NCBI GenBank assembly: GCA_965208105.1
Contig: OZ242318.1
Location: forward strand, 2,208,001 to 2,272,000
Source: Candidatus Latescibacterota bacterium
GTDB lineage: Bacteria > Latescibacterota > UBA2968 > UBA8231
Direction of reading: 5' to 3'
Length of the DNA: 64,000 nt
Every line of letters begins with the position of its first letter. Positions within the stretch are counted from its first letter, which is position 1. A model generated the notes under the pieces. The model saw only the letters and a program-made list of their open reading frames with translations. It was not told the origin of the DNA and searched no databases. Shown one piece after another: positions 1 through 8,881 of the stretch. A program made the translations under genes and the position numbers.

Positions 1-1088
1 TAGGTTAGTTCGTTCCTAACCCTGTTCATATAGGCCCTTTGCTCGGCAAGGGTGATCTCGGGATCTCCCCTTTTGTCGTCTTCGTCTCTCCAGCGATTCC
101 AGAATGCAAAGCTGTCGTCCCAGGGGTCTTCTGCCCCGGTCGGGTCCAGGCACTTGGAAATAGTCTGCTGTACGCGATTGGTCCGCGCAGTGATGTGATC
201 CTCGTCGGCGACGTCTTCCTCATTATCTCGGGCTTGCTGTAGCGCGAAGAAATACGGCCGGCTGCCTTGCTGTTTTGCCCATTCGTTACGATCTGCGATT
301 TTGTGATTATATGTATCCCAGGTGCCAATCTCGCCAATGACGTTTCTATGGGTAACTTTGGAAAAATCCACGGCGTACTCGCTTACAGCATGCACCAGAT
401 TTGGCCCATCCTGTACGGGATAGAAAATCACCTTGCGGTTGCCAGCCAATTTTCCGGCAAGTATGTCCATCATACGTGCTTGCGCCTTACACTGAAAATC
501 GACAAAATGCTTATAGAGGCGCTTGACCTCTGTATAGCGTGACGTGTTGTAAGGGGCTTTCTGTGCTTCGCCGATGTTCTTGTAGGCGTCACGGGAATGC
601 TTCCCGGCGAGGTCGGTCAAGTACTTTGTCCACTCTGTCTGCCGACTATCCCGCACTTTCCTATAATCGGAACTTGCGTTATCTTCGGCATATTCCCGCC
701 ATTTGGAACCTTCCCGAAACTCTCTGGGGCGATGTTCGTGATTCCAGCGAATACCCTTGAACCGGTCGCCATACTCAGAGGTCACGGAATCGAAGATATC
801 CTCCATGTCTTCGTAGAAAGTCGAGTTTGCATTGTCATACCACGAATCCCGGTTGATCCATCCTACTCCTGAACCGCCGTCCATCCTGGGATCTCCATCA
901 GGCGTAAAGGAAAGGACAAAATCCAGATTGGGGTCAAAATGGTTGTCCATATTTGTTACTTCGCTACGCACTTTGCTTACTGGTGTTCCGCTGTGCAAGT
1001 TCTTCAACTGCGCTGTATCAAAGCCGTAGTCTCCCGCGTCCGTAATATTCAGATCGACGAAGATTCCACGACCATAAATGAGTTTCAT
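1..1088 (-). CDS. Hypothetical protein, paralogue of 3256..4425 (runs to window edge, not in ORF track)
   Basis: Manual translation from ATG 1088 (AAGGAG RBS) is open for 362 codons: MKLIYGRGIFVDLNITDAGDYGFD...YGDRFKGIRWNHE...HFVDFQCKAQARMMDIL...FAFWNRWR...AEQRAYM. It aligns throughout with 3256..4425. The last two bases read TA, probably the start of the stop codon. Confidence 0.85.
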   Translation of the reverse strand, partial: MKLIYGRGIFVDLNITDAGDYGFDTAQLKNLHSGTPVSKVRSEVTNMDNHFDPNLDFVLSFTPDGDPRMDGGSGVGWINRDSWYDNANSTFYEDMEDIFDSVTSEYGDRFKGIRWNHEHRPREFREGSKWREYAEDNASSDYRKVRDSRQTEWTKYLTDLAGKHSRDAYKNIGEAQKAPYNTSRYTEVKRLYKHFVDFQCKAQARMMDILAGKLAGNRKVIFYPVQDGPNLVHAVSEYAVDFSKVTHRNVIGEIGTWDTYNHKIADRNEWAKQQGSRPYFFALQQARDNEEDVADEDHITARTNRVQQTISKCLDPTGAEDPWDDSFAFWNRWRDEDDKRGDPEITLAEQRAYMNRVRNELT

Positions 1089-1179
1089 GGCTGCTCCTTG
1101 GATGTTTGATTGTGAGGAAAGAAAATGTGTGCCGACCCAATCAAGGAAAATATTCCCACCTGGGAATTGTTCCGATTCC

Positions 1180-1200
1180 GCAACCTTCGTATATAATCCC
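1180..1200. repeat. Putative IS1595-family terminal inverted repeat (end of element A)
   Basis: GCAACCTTCGTATATAATCCC closely resembles 4461-4482. The transposase fragment begins immediately at 1201. Confidence 0.6.
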
Positions 1201-1365
1201 TATCACAAAATGTCCGTGAAGCACTTGCACCGCTACGTCAACGAATTTGCCGGCAGGCACAATGTCCGGGACAAAGACACTGTTGAGCAAATGGCCCTCT
1301 TGACAATCGGCCTTGTGGGTCGCAGGTTGAAGTATCAGACTCTTACACGGCAGGCAGCGGCCTAA
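1201..1365 (+). pseudogene. IS1595-family transposase C-terminal fragment
   Basis: YHKMSVKHLHRYVNEFAGRHNVRDKDTVEQM...GRRLKYQTL is typical of IS1595 transposase C-termini; the N-terminal part is missing. Confidence 0.8.
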
Positions 1366-1712
1366 TGACAGAGCAAGAAAAAAGCCAAGCCATAGGAAAT
1401 TTGGTCAATAGCCTCAAGAAAGCAAAGGCCGAGGCCGACTGCATTCAGTTGAAGGGAGATCAGATTGCCGAGAAGCTGAAAGTTTTGTGTCAAGTACTCG
1501 AATCAAGAGAAGTTCTTTGCAGGGCCGCGGGCGATGGATTCCAGCTTAGAAAATGTCCTGCCACCAATCGCTCCGAGCTTGGATTTACGGTTTTAGGGGA
1601 ACACATTGAACTCCCTGAGACGGCTGAAATCGTTGCGCTAATCCAGAAAAAAAACGACGCGCTTGTAAGGCTTTGGGAATTGCAAGCAAAATGGGACGAA
1701 GTGAAACCATGA
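1365..1712 (+). CDS. Hypothetical protein (IS passenger)
   Basis: 115 aa ORF coupled by a TAATG overlap to the transposase stop. Confidence 0.6.
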   Translation: MTEQEKSQAIGNLVNSLKKAKAEADCIQLKGDQIAEKLKVLCQVLESREVLCRAAGDGFQLRKCPATNRSELGFTVLGEHIELPETAEIVALIQKKNDALVRLWELQAKWDEVKP

Positions 1713-1735
1713 AAGGAGAATACCACGAGTAGGCC

Positions 1736-1880
1736 ATGAAAAAAAAAAGCCGGGCGGCCACAAACGCAGCACATGCCGCGTATCGAAGCAACGCCCGAAG
1801 AAGTAGCCCGCGCTCTGTTCGCCGGGGTCAAGCCGCCCGACCCATCGAAGCGAACAAAGAGAAAGCGGACTGCCAAATGA
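1736..1880 (+). pseudogene. Small basic ORF, frameshifted in an A10 tract
   Basis: ATG followed by 10 A. With 9 A it reads MKKKAGRPQTQHMPRIEATPEEVARALFAGVKPPDPSKRTKRKRTAK*. Confidence 0.4.
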
Positions 1881-1902
1881 TCTTGAAAGAAGCGCCTGGG
1901 GT

Positions 1903-2355
1903 CTAATGCCCTGGGCGCTTCTTTCTATTAAGTTTAACTCCCCCCCAACTCATCTTTTGAACTGCAGTCGGCCCAACGACATTAAAAGACAGCAAAAAAT
2001 CGTAGGCGGGATCAAGAGGAACCTTCCGGGCATACACATCATAAACGCGCATTTTGGCCCGGAACTTGATGGTTTTCCCCGGCGAGATGTCGCGTTGAGG
2101 GTAGTAGACCCCCCGAGTCATGGGGCTTCCGTTCTTCCAATACAGCTGGATCATGATCCGAATGTCCGTCAGAACTAAATCAGAAACATTGGTCACGTCT
2201 GCTCGGCAATCAAAATCTATGGCATAACCGGTTTTGGAGCGCTTGATGCTTACGCTTTCTTCCACGACCTTCAGGGTGTCGCCCACCGGTGGGTCGGCGG
2301 CATCGGCAGTGGCCCACCACAGCAGACAGAATAAAAAGAAGAATTTACAAGTCAT
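1903..2355 (-). CDS. Secreted hypothetical protein (FxLYD-like) with C-terminal SWG motif
   Basis: Signal peptide MTCKFFFLFCLLWWATADA; C-terminus PTAVQKMSWGGVK. Confidence 0.7.
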   Translation of the reverse strand: MTCKFFFLFCLLWWATADAADPPVGDTLKVVEESVSIKRSKTGYAIDFDCRADVTNVSDLVLTDIRIMIQLYWKNGSPMTRGVYYPQRDISPGKTIKFRAKMRVYDVYARKVPLDPAYDFLLSFNVVGPTAVQKMSWGGVKLNRKKRPGH

Positions 2356-2381
2356 TGTTGACGCCTTCCTGCACGCTTGCT

Positions 2382-3149
2382 TCAAGTAGAGGACGGTGGA
2401 AGTTTGGCAATCGCCCTGTCTAAGGGGGCGATTGCGTTTACATCCCGATCACCAAAATATTTTTGAGCACGCCCATCTCTAAGCCACTGTTCAAGTTGAA
2501 CATTGAATTCTGTGATCAGCGCATTCGGATATAAACGAGCTTGAACCGCAGGTCTGTGATCCAGGAATTCGTGGTCGTAGGTGGGAAACCTATCCGGCTT
2601 GTATCCTGCCTTTCTTGCCCACCCGGAAAACATCCGACCCAAAGAGATATCTGGCATCATATGGTAAGGCAAGATGTATCCTTGCGCTTCCAGCGGGGCC
2701 AAGAGGCGCAGGGTCATTTGATCCAACATGGAAAAGTGAGTATTGGGTATTTTGTGGCGATTCACCAGATAGCGTCGGACATGCTCGGGAAGTCTTCCGA
2801 TCCCTTGACCATTCATCCACTCAAAGACCCACTTGGTTACTTGGACGGAGAACTCAGGCGAGAGCCACTGAGCCAGGTGAATGGCAATTTGAGGATGGAC
2901 CCAGGTGCCCTGAATTTCGGGAATACCTCCTTTAACTTGTTGCAGGAGTTTCGATACGGGAATTCCCGTATCGGTAGAGAGCGCCTTTAAGTACTCCTGC
3001 GTGAAGGCTAACCTGGTATAGTCATTCATCTTCTTCCCGGCGATTTTGCACATCGCCGTGGCATTGATGTAGCCATCCGTGGCCCGCTGATCTATGGGCT
3101 AGTTCTGCACTTCATGTTCAATAAGAGCAAGCTGTTCTTGATATGCCAT
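2382..3149 (-). pseudogene. KilA-N domain protein with premature TAG at codon 17
   Basis: AGGAGG RBS and ATG 3149: MAYQEQLALIEHEVQN*PIDQRATDGYINATAMCK...QGTWVHPQIAIHLAQWLSPEF (KilA-N signature). In-frame TAG at 3099-3101. Confidence 0.8.
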
Positions 3150-3185
3150 CAGTGCCTCCTTGACGAAGAGGAGTGTGTTGCACAT

Positions 3186-3226
3186 AAAAAGAGAGAGCCC
3201 AAGTGTAGGGCGCCTCGGGCTCTCTC
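3186..3226 (-). terminator. Intrinsic terminator-like hairpin
   Basis: GAGAGAGCCCGAG-loop-CTTGGGCTCTCTC followed by TTTTT on the minus strand, downstream of 3256..4425. Confidence 0.6.
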
Positions 3227-3255
3227 CATCAATTAAAGAATCTCAGTGGACAGTG

Positions 3256-4425
3256 TCAATCTTCCTCATTGAGGGCCTCAGCGACCTCGTCCATGTAAGC
3301 CTTCTGCTCGGCTTTGGTGATCCGTTCGTTTACGGGGATATCGTAGTCGTCGGAGTCATCATCGTCCGCGGTGACGTTCCTCCACTTGTTCCAAAAGGCG
3401 AAGCTACTGCCCCAGGGATCTTCGCCCTCGCCGGGATCGAGGCAATTTTCAATCGCCGCCTGGATTCTGTCTTTGCGTGCGCCGATGCGCTCTCGACGTA
3501 TTTTCTTCAGCTCCTCCTCGCTCTCGCCGCCCTTGGGCTCGAGGTCGCGTCGACCCTGCTGGATGACGAAGAAGTACTTTCGCGAGCCCTGGTCATTTGC
3601 CAAGTCGTCGCGCACCGAGTTGTTGTATGAATACAGATCCCATGTCGCAATCTCCCGCACCGCGTTGCTTGCGGTCACCAAGTTGGTGTTGAGAGTGTAT
3701 TCAGCTACGGTGTGGACGTGACCGGTGCGTTGAGCAGGATAGATGATGAATGTATGGCTGGTTCCCAACTCCTGGCAGAGGATGTCGACCATGCGGGCCT
3801 GGGCTTTGACCTGGAAATCCACAAAGTGGGGATAAACCGCCCGCACCTTCAAATACTTGGCCGTGGTGTAGGGCGCCTCAGCTGCTTTGCCTTCGTTCAG
3901 ATAGGCGTCCCTGGAATGGTCCATGGCGACGTTGGCGAGAAAGTATTCCCATTCCGTCCGGGCATTGGCCTGCACGTAGTCGTAGTCGCTCCGGCAGTGA
4001 ACCCGGGCATAGGCGGCCCACTTACTGCCCTCCTTGAAATGGGCTGGCTTGTACTCGTGGTTCCAGCGCACACCCTTGAAGCGGTCGCCGTAGGCTATGT
4101 CGACCAACTCGAACAAGGCGCCCCAGTCGTGGTAGAAAGCATTGCTAGTACTGTCATACCACGAATCGCGCTCAATGCAGCCCACCTCCCTGCTGTCGCT
4201 GTTCTCTCCACACCTGGAATCTCCGAAAAGGTCGATTGAAAGAACGAAATCGGGGTCAGGATTGAAGAAATCGTCCGGCGTTTCCAGAGCCTTGGTAACT
4301 GCGGCGAGGCCGTCGGTCGAGTGCATGTTTTCCAACTGTATCGTATCGAATCCGTAGTCGCCGATATCCTTGATCTTCAGGTCCACCAACAACTGACGGC
4401 CGTAAATGAGCTTCATAAATTCCAT
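3256..4425 (-). CDS. Hypothetical protein, paralogue of 1..1088
   Basis: 389 aa ORF, acidic and aromatic-rich, no family recognised. Confidence 0.85.
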   Translation of the reverse strand: MEFMKLIYGRQLLVDLKIKDIGDYGFDTIQLENMHSTDGLAAVTKALETPDDFFNPDPDFVLSIDLFGDSRCGENSDSREVGCIERDSWYDSTSNAFYHDWGALFELVDIAYGDRFKGVRWNHEYKPAHFKEGSKWAAYARVHCRSDYDYVQANARTEWEYFLANVAMDHSRDAYLNEGKAAEAPYTTAKYLKVRAVYPHFVDFQVKAQARMVDILCQELGTSHTFIIYPAQRTGHVHTVAEYTLNTNLVTASNAVREIATWDLYSYNNSVRDDLANDQGSRKYFFVIQQGRRDLEPKGGESEEELKKIRRERIGARKDRIQAAIENCLDPGEGEDPWGSSFAFWNKWRNVTADDDDSDDYDIPVNERITKAEQKAYMDEVAEALNEED

Positions 4426-4460
4426 CCTTCCTTTTGGTTATGTTCTCTTTACAGAATTGG

Positions 4461-4482
4461 GCAACTTTAGTTTATAATTCCC
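4461..4482. repeat. Putative IS1595-family terminal inverted repeat (end of element B)
   Basis: GCAACTTTAGTTTATAATTCCC; the bottom strand starts GGGAATTAT, and it supplies the stop codon of the truncated upstream gene. Confidence 0.6.
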
Positions 4483-5086
4483 AAAAAATTTCTCCCGCCT
4501 CCGGAGGGTTATCCTCATAGTAGTCCTCCCTCTGCCATGCCTGCATGACGTGCCAGAAGCTGCTCGGCTTGGCGTTCTTGAGCTTGGCCAGGGCGCTCAT
4601 GTTTTCGATCCCCGTCCAGGGGTCGGTGTCGTCTAGCAGCACATAGTCGGGCGCCGCCAGGACGTCGCACTTGCTCCCCCAGGTGTTGTACACCGCCTGG
4701 TTGGAACGCATCTTCAGGTTGATCACGAGGTCCTTGGACAGACTGAGGTTAAGATCCTGGACGTGATGCGGGCTGTAGCCGAACTCGTCCGGCTCCTCCA
4801 GGTAGAAGCCCTCTACCTTGGAGTGATTGCCGTAGGCATTGTTGATACTGGTCGCGAATGCCCCGTTGCCGAGCGCCGCCGCTGGAATCTCGAGCAGCAC
4901 TTTGACCCCCGTGTCGCCGACCTTGTTCAGGAATTTATCGGCCTCCTTTTTGTAGGCGGCAAATGAGGCGGCGCTTCTGAGCTTGAACGGCATGTAGCAG
5001 GTCATGGCCGTGTTGGCAATCTTTTCGCTTATATCGCTGCTGGATGGAACTTCTCGGTTGCCAAATCATCCGTACTTCATGGACAT
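4472..5086 (-). pseudogene. Truncated and frameshifted glycoside-hydrolase-like (TIM barrel) gene
   Basis: AAGGAGG RBS and ATG 5086 give MSMKYG*, out of frame with the downstream ORF. NHSKVEGFYLEEP resembles the GH-A acid/base region. Cut at 4482 by the IS end. Confidence 0.55.
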
Positions 5087-5572
5087 GATACTACCTCCTT
5101 GAGATTGTGGTTGTGGACTTGGGCAGGTCGATCCCGGCTTCGATGGCCGAGACCGTTCCGCCCCCGGGTCCATTCCTTCTTGCTGATGCTCCGGCGGCCG
5201 CCGTTTCGACAATGGGGACGAACCTCATCCGCGGGGCCGGGCTTTCCACGCTCCCGTCCCCTTCATCCATTACATACCGGAGAATGCCCGAAAACGTCGG
5301 CACTCTCACTCCAGGCACTTCTTCAGTCCCGCCTCTTCGCAGGTCCCCGCAGCCTCTTGATGGACTCGCGGGAGGCATGGAAGGCCCGGGTCGGAGAAAG
5401 CAGGCAGTTGTTCCGTTTACCTGGGGAAGGGATATTTCTATTTGGGGTGTCCCCGGCGAATACTCGCCGGGTAGGATGGGGGGAATGGGCCCGGGACGAG
5501 GGAGCCGGCGCTGGTGCGCAACCGGCGCCTTGTCACATGGACCTGTGACGTATAGGTTGGAAAGGAAGGGCA

Positions 5573-6583
5573 ATGATGAAATTCTTGATTCTCGTACTCG
5601 CGGCCGCTCTTGCGGGCCCGCTCGAAGCCCAGGAAGAGTTCATGCTGGCCTACACCTCGACGATAGAGCGAGGCGCGTTTGCGCTCCACCTGATGCGGGG
5701 GGACGGCTCGCGCAAGACCCGCCTGACCTTCAACGAGGGGCCTGAGAGAGATCCGGCGTGGTCGCCGGACGGACGCCACATCTACTACTGGTTCAATCAT
5801 CGCTATCCATCGAACGACCTGTCGGGCAAGATATTTCGCCTGACCCTTCCAGACCGCTCCATCGAACGGATAACCTTGGCGGAGGGCGACTGGGACCACC
5901 CCAGCGTCTCACCCGCCGGAGACAGGCTGGCCGTGACCTTCCATCCCTACGACTCTTTACCGCCGTACCTGCTTCTCTTCCTCGATATCGCCAGCGGACT
6001 CGCCTCGACCGTGTTCGATATCGGTCTCACCCCCGACGACAATGATTTCTACTTCTACACGCCCGAGTGGTCCGATACACATCCCGCCTGGTCCCCCGAC
6101 GGCGAGCGATTGGCTTTCTCCTCCAATCGGGACGGAGACTATGAAATATATGTCCTGCACCTGGAGACCGGAGACCTGCGGCAGATCACCGACGACGATG
6201 GGAGTGACTCACATCCCGCCTGGTCCCCCGACGGCCGGCGAATCGCCTTCAGCTCCAACCGAGCGGGTCAAAGTGACATTTTTCTCATTGACACGGACGG
6301 CGGTGCGCCGGTCCAATTGACCAACTCTCCGTTCGGAGCATATGACCCCAACTGGTCTCCCGACGGCCGCCGAATTGCCTATGTCGCGGCTTCCGAAGCC
6401 GCTCCCTATGGCAACTTGGACATCTACGTGATAAACGCGGACGGCACTGACATCAGGCGTCTGACCACCAACCCACTTGGCGACGTTGACCCTGCCTGGT
6501 CCCCCGTTCCCCTGCCCGGGTCGTTCCTGCCCTCGGCGGTGGAGGTCCAATCCTGGGGCGCGATCAAGAAAGCCCGGCGCTGA
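5573..6583 (+). CDS. Secreted TolB-like PD40/WD40-like beta-propeller protein
   Basis: Signal peptide, repeated PAWSPDG..IAFSSNR motifs, C-terminal PSAVEVQSWGAIK. Confidence 0.9.
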   Translation: MMKFLILVLAAALAGPLEAQEEFMLAYTSTIERGAFALHLMRGDGSRKTRLTFNEGPERDPAWSPDGRHIYYWFNHRYPSNDLSGKIFRLTLPDRSIERITLAEGDWDHPSVSPAGDRLAVTFHPYDSLPPYLLLFLDIASGLASTVFDIGLTPDDNDFYFYTPEWSDTHPAWSPDGERLAFSSNRDGDYEIYVLHLETGDLRQITDDDGSDSHPAWSPDGRRIAFSSNRAGQSDIFLIDTDGGAPVQLTNSPFGAYDPNWSPDGRRIAYVAASEAAPYGNLDIYVINADGTDIRRLTTNPLGDVDPAWSPVPLPGSFLPSAVEVQSWGAIKKARR

Positions 6584-6645
6584 GGCCGGGGAATTTCACC
6601 GGCAAGAGTAATGCGGGCCGCCAAGGTCTTGGGAAGGTTGTAAAA

Positions 6646-7704
6646 CTAGTAACCGTCCGGCGAGATGCGGAAGCGCGCCTCCCAGCCTTTGCCGTCCTCG
6701 GTCAGCCGGAAGGGATCGCCCTCGAGGTGGAAAAAGTCCCGCAGGTTGCGCGCCAGGATTTCGCGGCGCTTCTGGTTGCGGCGGTGGGCCCGGCGGCTGT
6801 CCCAGGCGATGACGCCGCCTTCCTCGGCGAAGGAGCGGAGCAGGTCCCATTGAACGGTCGGCTCCCCGTTCTTCCTGTTGGCCATGCCCATCTGGGTGTA
6901 GTTGCACACCCTGCGTTCCGCCTTCGCCTGCACCGAGACGGTGTGGCCGTCGGTGAACCGGATCGCCACGTCGCGCCAGGTGGCCCCGGGCGGGGTCGGG
7001 AAAAAGACCGTGGGACCTTCTTTTTTGGGTGACGGGAGGTTGGCCGCCCGCATCGGAGAGAGGACATGTTCGCGGGGCCGGAGGAGATGGAGCTTGCCGC
7101 CCCCGCCGACGACCACCTCTTCCGACAATGGAACGAACGCCGACTTCCGGCCCGTCAGCAGGCTTTCCAACCGCGGCGGGCAGAGATCGCGCGTGGGCGC
7201 CAGCAGGACCAGGGGCGTATCCGCGTGGCTGAGGAGATCGTGGACCACGCGGACGAAATCGTCCGGTTCGACCTGGACGGTCAGATAAACGGGAAAACGG
7301 AATCCGGCGCAGGGCGAGTAGGCCCCGGCTCGCAGGGTCTGGTAGAGACCGGTCTGGCAGTCCGGTTCTTCCTCCAGTTCGAAAACGCCGGCGAGCGCCC
7401 TGGCGACGACCGCCACATCCAGTTCGTAGACGGCGACGTCCGCTGGCTTCAGCGCGAAGGTCGGACAGCCACACTCCCATCGGCTGACCGCCACAAAATC
7501 GTCCCGCCCATGCTCGACCACGTCGTGGGCCCACCCGCAGCCGCTCCGCGCACAGGGATAGGAGCAGGCGCGCTTGCCGTTCGGCCGCAGAAACGGCCCG
7601 GCCGCGGCAGCGTCTTCTCCGAGCCGCGCGCGCCATTCCGCCTCAACCGCGGACAAGGCGGGCACGCTCTCCAACGCCTGCCAGAAGCCCGTTTTTGCCG
7701 TCAT
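6646..7704 (-). CDS. Hypothetical protein (third gene of lexA cassette)
   Basis: About 352 aa; ATGA overlap with the upstream gene; Cys-rich N-terminal segment; basic helical C-terminus. Confidence 0.8.
   Translation of the reverse strand: MTAKTGFWQALESVPALSAVEAEWRARLGEDAAAAGPFLRPNGKRACSYPCARSGCGWAHDVVEHGRDDFVAVSRWECGCPTFALKPADVAVYELDVAVVARALAGVFELEEEPDCQTGLYQTLRAGAYSPCAGFRFPVYLTVQVEPDDFVRVVHDLLSHADTPLVLLAPTRDLCPPRLESLLTGRKSAFVPLSEEVVVGGGGKLHLLRPREHVLSPMRAANLPSPKKEGPTVFFPTPPGATWRDVAIRFTDGHTVSVQAKAERRVCNYTQMGMANRKNGEPTVQWDLLRSFAEEGGVIAWDSRRAHRRNQKRREILARNLRDFFHLEGDPFRLTEDGKGWEARFRISPDGY
6741..6769. repeat. 29-bp exact direct repeat, copy 1 (inside CDS)
   Basis: GCAGGTTGCGCGCCAGGATTTCGCGGCGC, identical to 9742-9770. 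Confidence 0.95.
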
Positions 7705-8855
7705 TGTCCAGAATCCGTGCAAATGAAGCCCCGTTTCCGCAGCCAGGTCTCCACCACGTCGGCGTCGCTGTCCCTGGCGTACTGGACCGTATTCGATGGG
7801 CTGATGGTCACCGAGCGGGCGGTCTTCGAGTCGTTGAACTTCACCTGAAAGCTGGCTCGAATGATGGGCGCCCTTGCGGGAATTCCGCGGCCCCCGCCTT
7901 CGAGCACGACGAAGAGATCGTTGGCCCTGCGGACCTCGACCTCCTTTTCCGTACCGCCGCGAAAGTAGCGGATTTCCTGGAGCCGCACCCAGTCCATCCC
8001 GTCGACGTCGGTGCAGACCACCGAGGCGGGGCCGTCGCGCCGCAAGGGCTCGAGGGAAAATTTGCAGGTGTCGGGAAAAAAGTCTTCGTCGGCGAACAGA
8101 TGACGGCCGAACAGCACCCGGTAGATGTCCCTTTCGCCCTTGCTGCAGGCGTGCATGCGGATTTCGCCCAGGACCGGCTCATAGACCAGCACGTCGTGCT
8201 TTTCCGGCCTGTAGAACACGCTCGAGGTCCGGCCCTCCTCGATGCTGCCTTCGCGCCGGAACGGATCGCCGTGGCGCACCAGAAACCAGATCGAATCGTT
8301 CTTCGAGTAGGCGAAAACGCGAGAAACCCGGCCGCGCTTCCTGCGCTCGAACCAGTCGTCCAGGTCCTTCTCCAGCGCCGCCAGCCTCCGTCGTGAAGGC
8401 CATCTGAACGGGGGCACCGGCCGAACCGTGGTGCGAAAGTACTGAAAGCACCGCGGTCGGACGAGATAGCGCTCGGCGTGGGTGCGCTCCAGGAGCACCC
8501 GGTCCTGGAGGTAGACCTGGACCGCGACGTCAGCGGCGGTCGGGTCTGGAGGTCCTTCCAATACAACACCATGGTTCTCGGCCACATCCAACAGGACCTC
8601 CATGCCTTCTTGGGTGGCCATCTCGTGCACGAGGAAGAGAGCCTCGAGCAGCTCTTCGGGCGTGTCCCTCCCCGGACTCATGAGCACGGCAACCAGTCGG
8701 TCGTAGTCCAGGCCGGCCTCGGACGATTGAGGCAGCGTCAATTCCCGGCCGCCGAGGTAGGACCGGTAGGGCTCCAGGAAGGCCAGAAGGCACCCCGGCG
8801 AGATGGCCTTGAGACCGTCGGCATGGGCGAAGCGGCGGAGACTGTATACTGCCAT
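7701..8855 (-). CDS. Hypothetical protein (second gene of lexA cassette)
   Basis: 384 aa ORF with AGGAGAG RBS, 26 bp downstream of the lexA stop. Confidence 0.85.
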   Translation of the reverse strand: MAVYSLRRFAHADGLKAISPGCLLAFLEPYRSYLGGRELTLPQSSEAGLDYDRLVAVLMSPGRDTPEELLEALFLVHEMATQEGMEVLLDVAENHGVVLEGPPDPTAADVAVQVYLQDRVLLERTHAERYLVRPRCFQYFRTTVRPVPPFRWPSRRRLAALEKDLDDWFERRKRGRVSRVFAYSKNDSIWFLVRHGDPFRREGSIEEGRTSSVFYRPEKHDVLVYEPVLGEIRMHACSKGERDIYRVLFGRHLFADEDFFPDTCKFSLEPLRRDGPASVVCTDVDGMDWVRLQEIRYFRGGTEKEVEVRRANDLFVVLEGGGRGIPARAPIIRASFQVKFNDSKTARSVTISPSNTVQYARDSDADVVETWLRKRGFICTDSGQ

Positions 8856-8881
8856 CGGTCGATACTCTCCTGTCCGAATCT

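Larger units (their letters stand above)
1201..4482. mobile_element. Truncated IS1595-family (probably ISNwi1-group) element with passenger genes
   Basis: Transposase 3' fragment followed by cargo ORFs and ending in a GGGAATTAT-type end at 4482 that truncates the neighbouring gene; lower GC than the backbone. Confidence 0.6.

Noticed and set aside
3099-3101. TAG recoding (pyrrolysine or alternative code)
   Set aside because: TAG is used as a normal stop in mutS, lnt and others; neighbouring genes are also degraded.
5511-5519. CTGGTGCGC matching the tRNA-Lys 3' end as a possible att site
   Set aside because: Only 9 bp in GC-rich DNA and no integrase; compatible with chance.
5091-5573. Overlapping ORFs between the GH pseudogene and the TolB-like gene
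   Set aside because: Pro/Arg/Gly-rich, no RBS or motifs; likely a divergent promoter region.
6079-6235. DNA repeat ACATCCCGCCTGGTCCCCCGACGGC
   Set aside because: Explained by PD40 protein repeats in the TolB-like gene.
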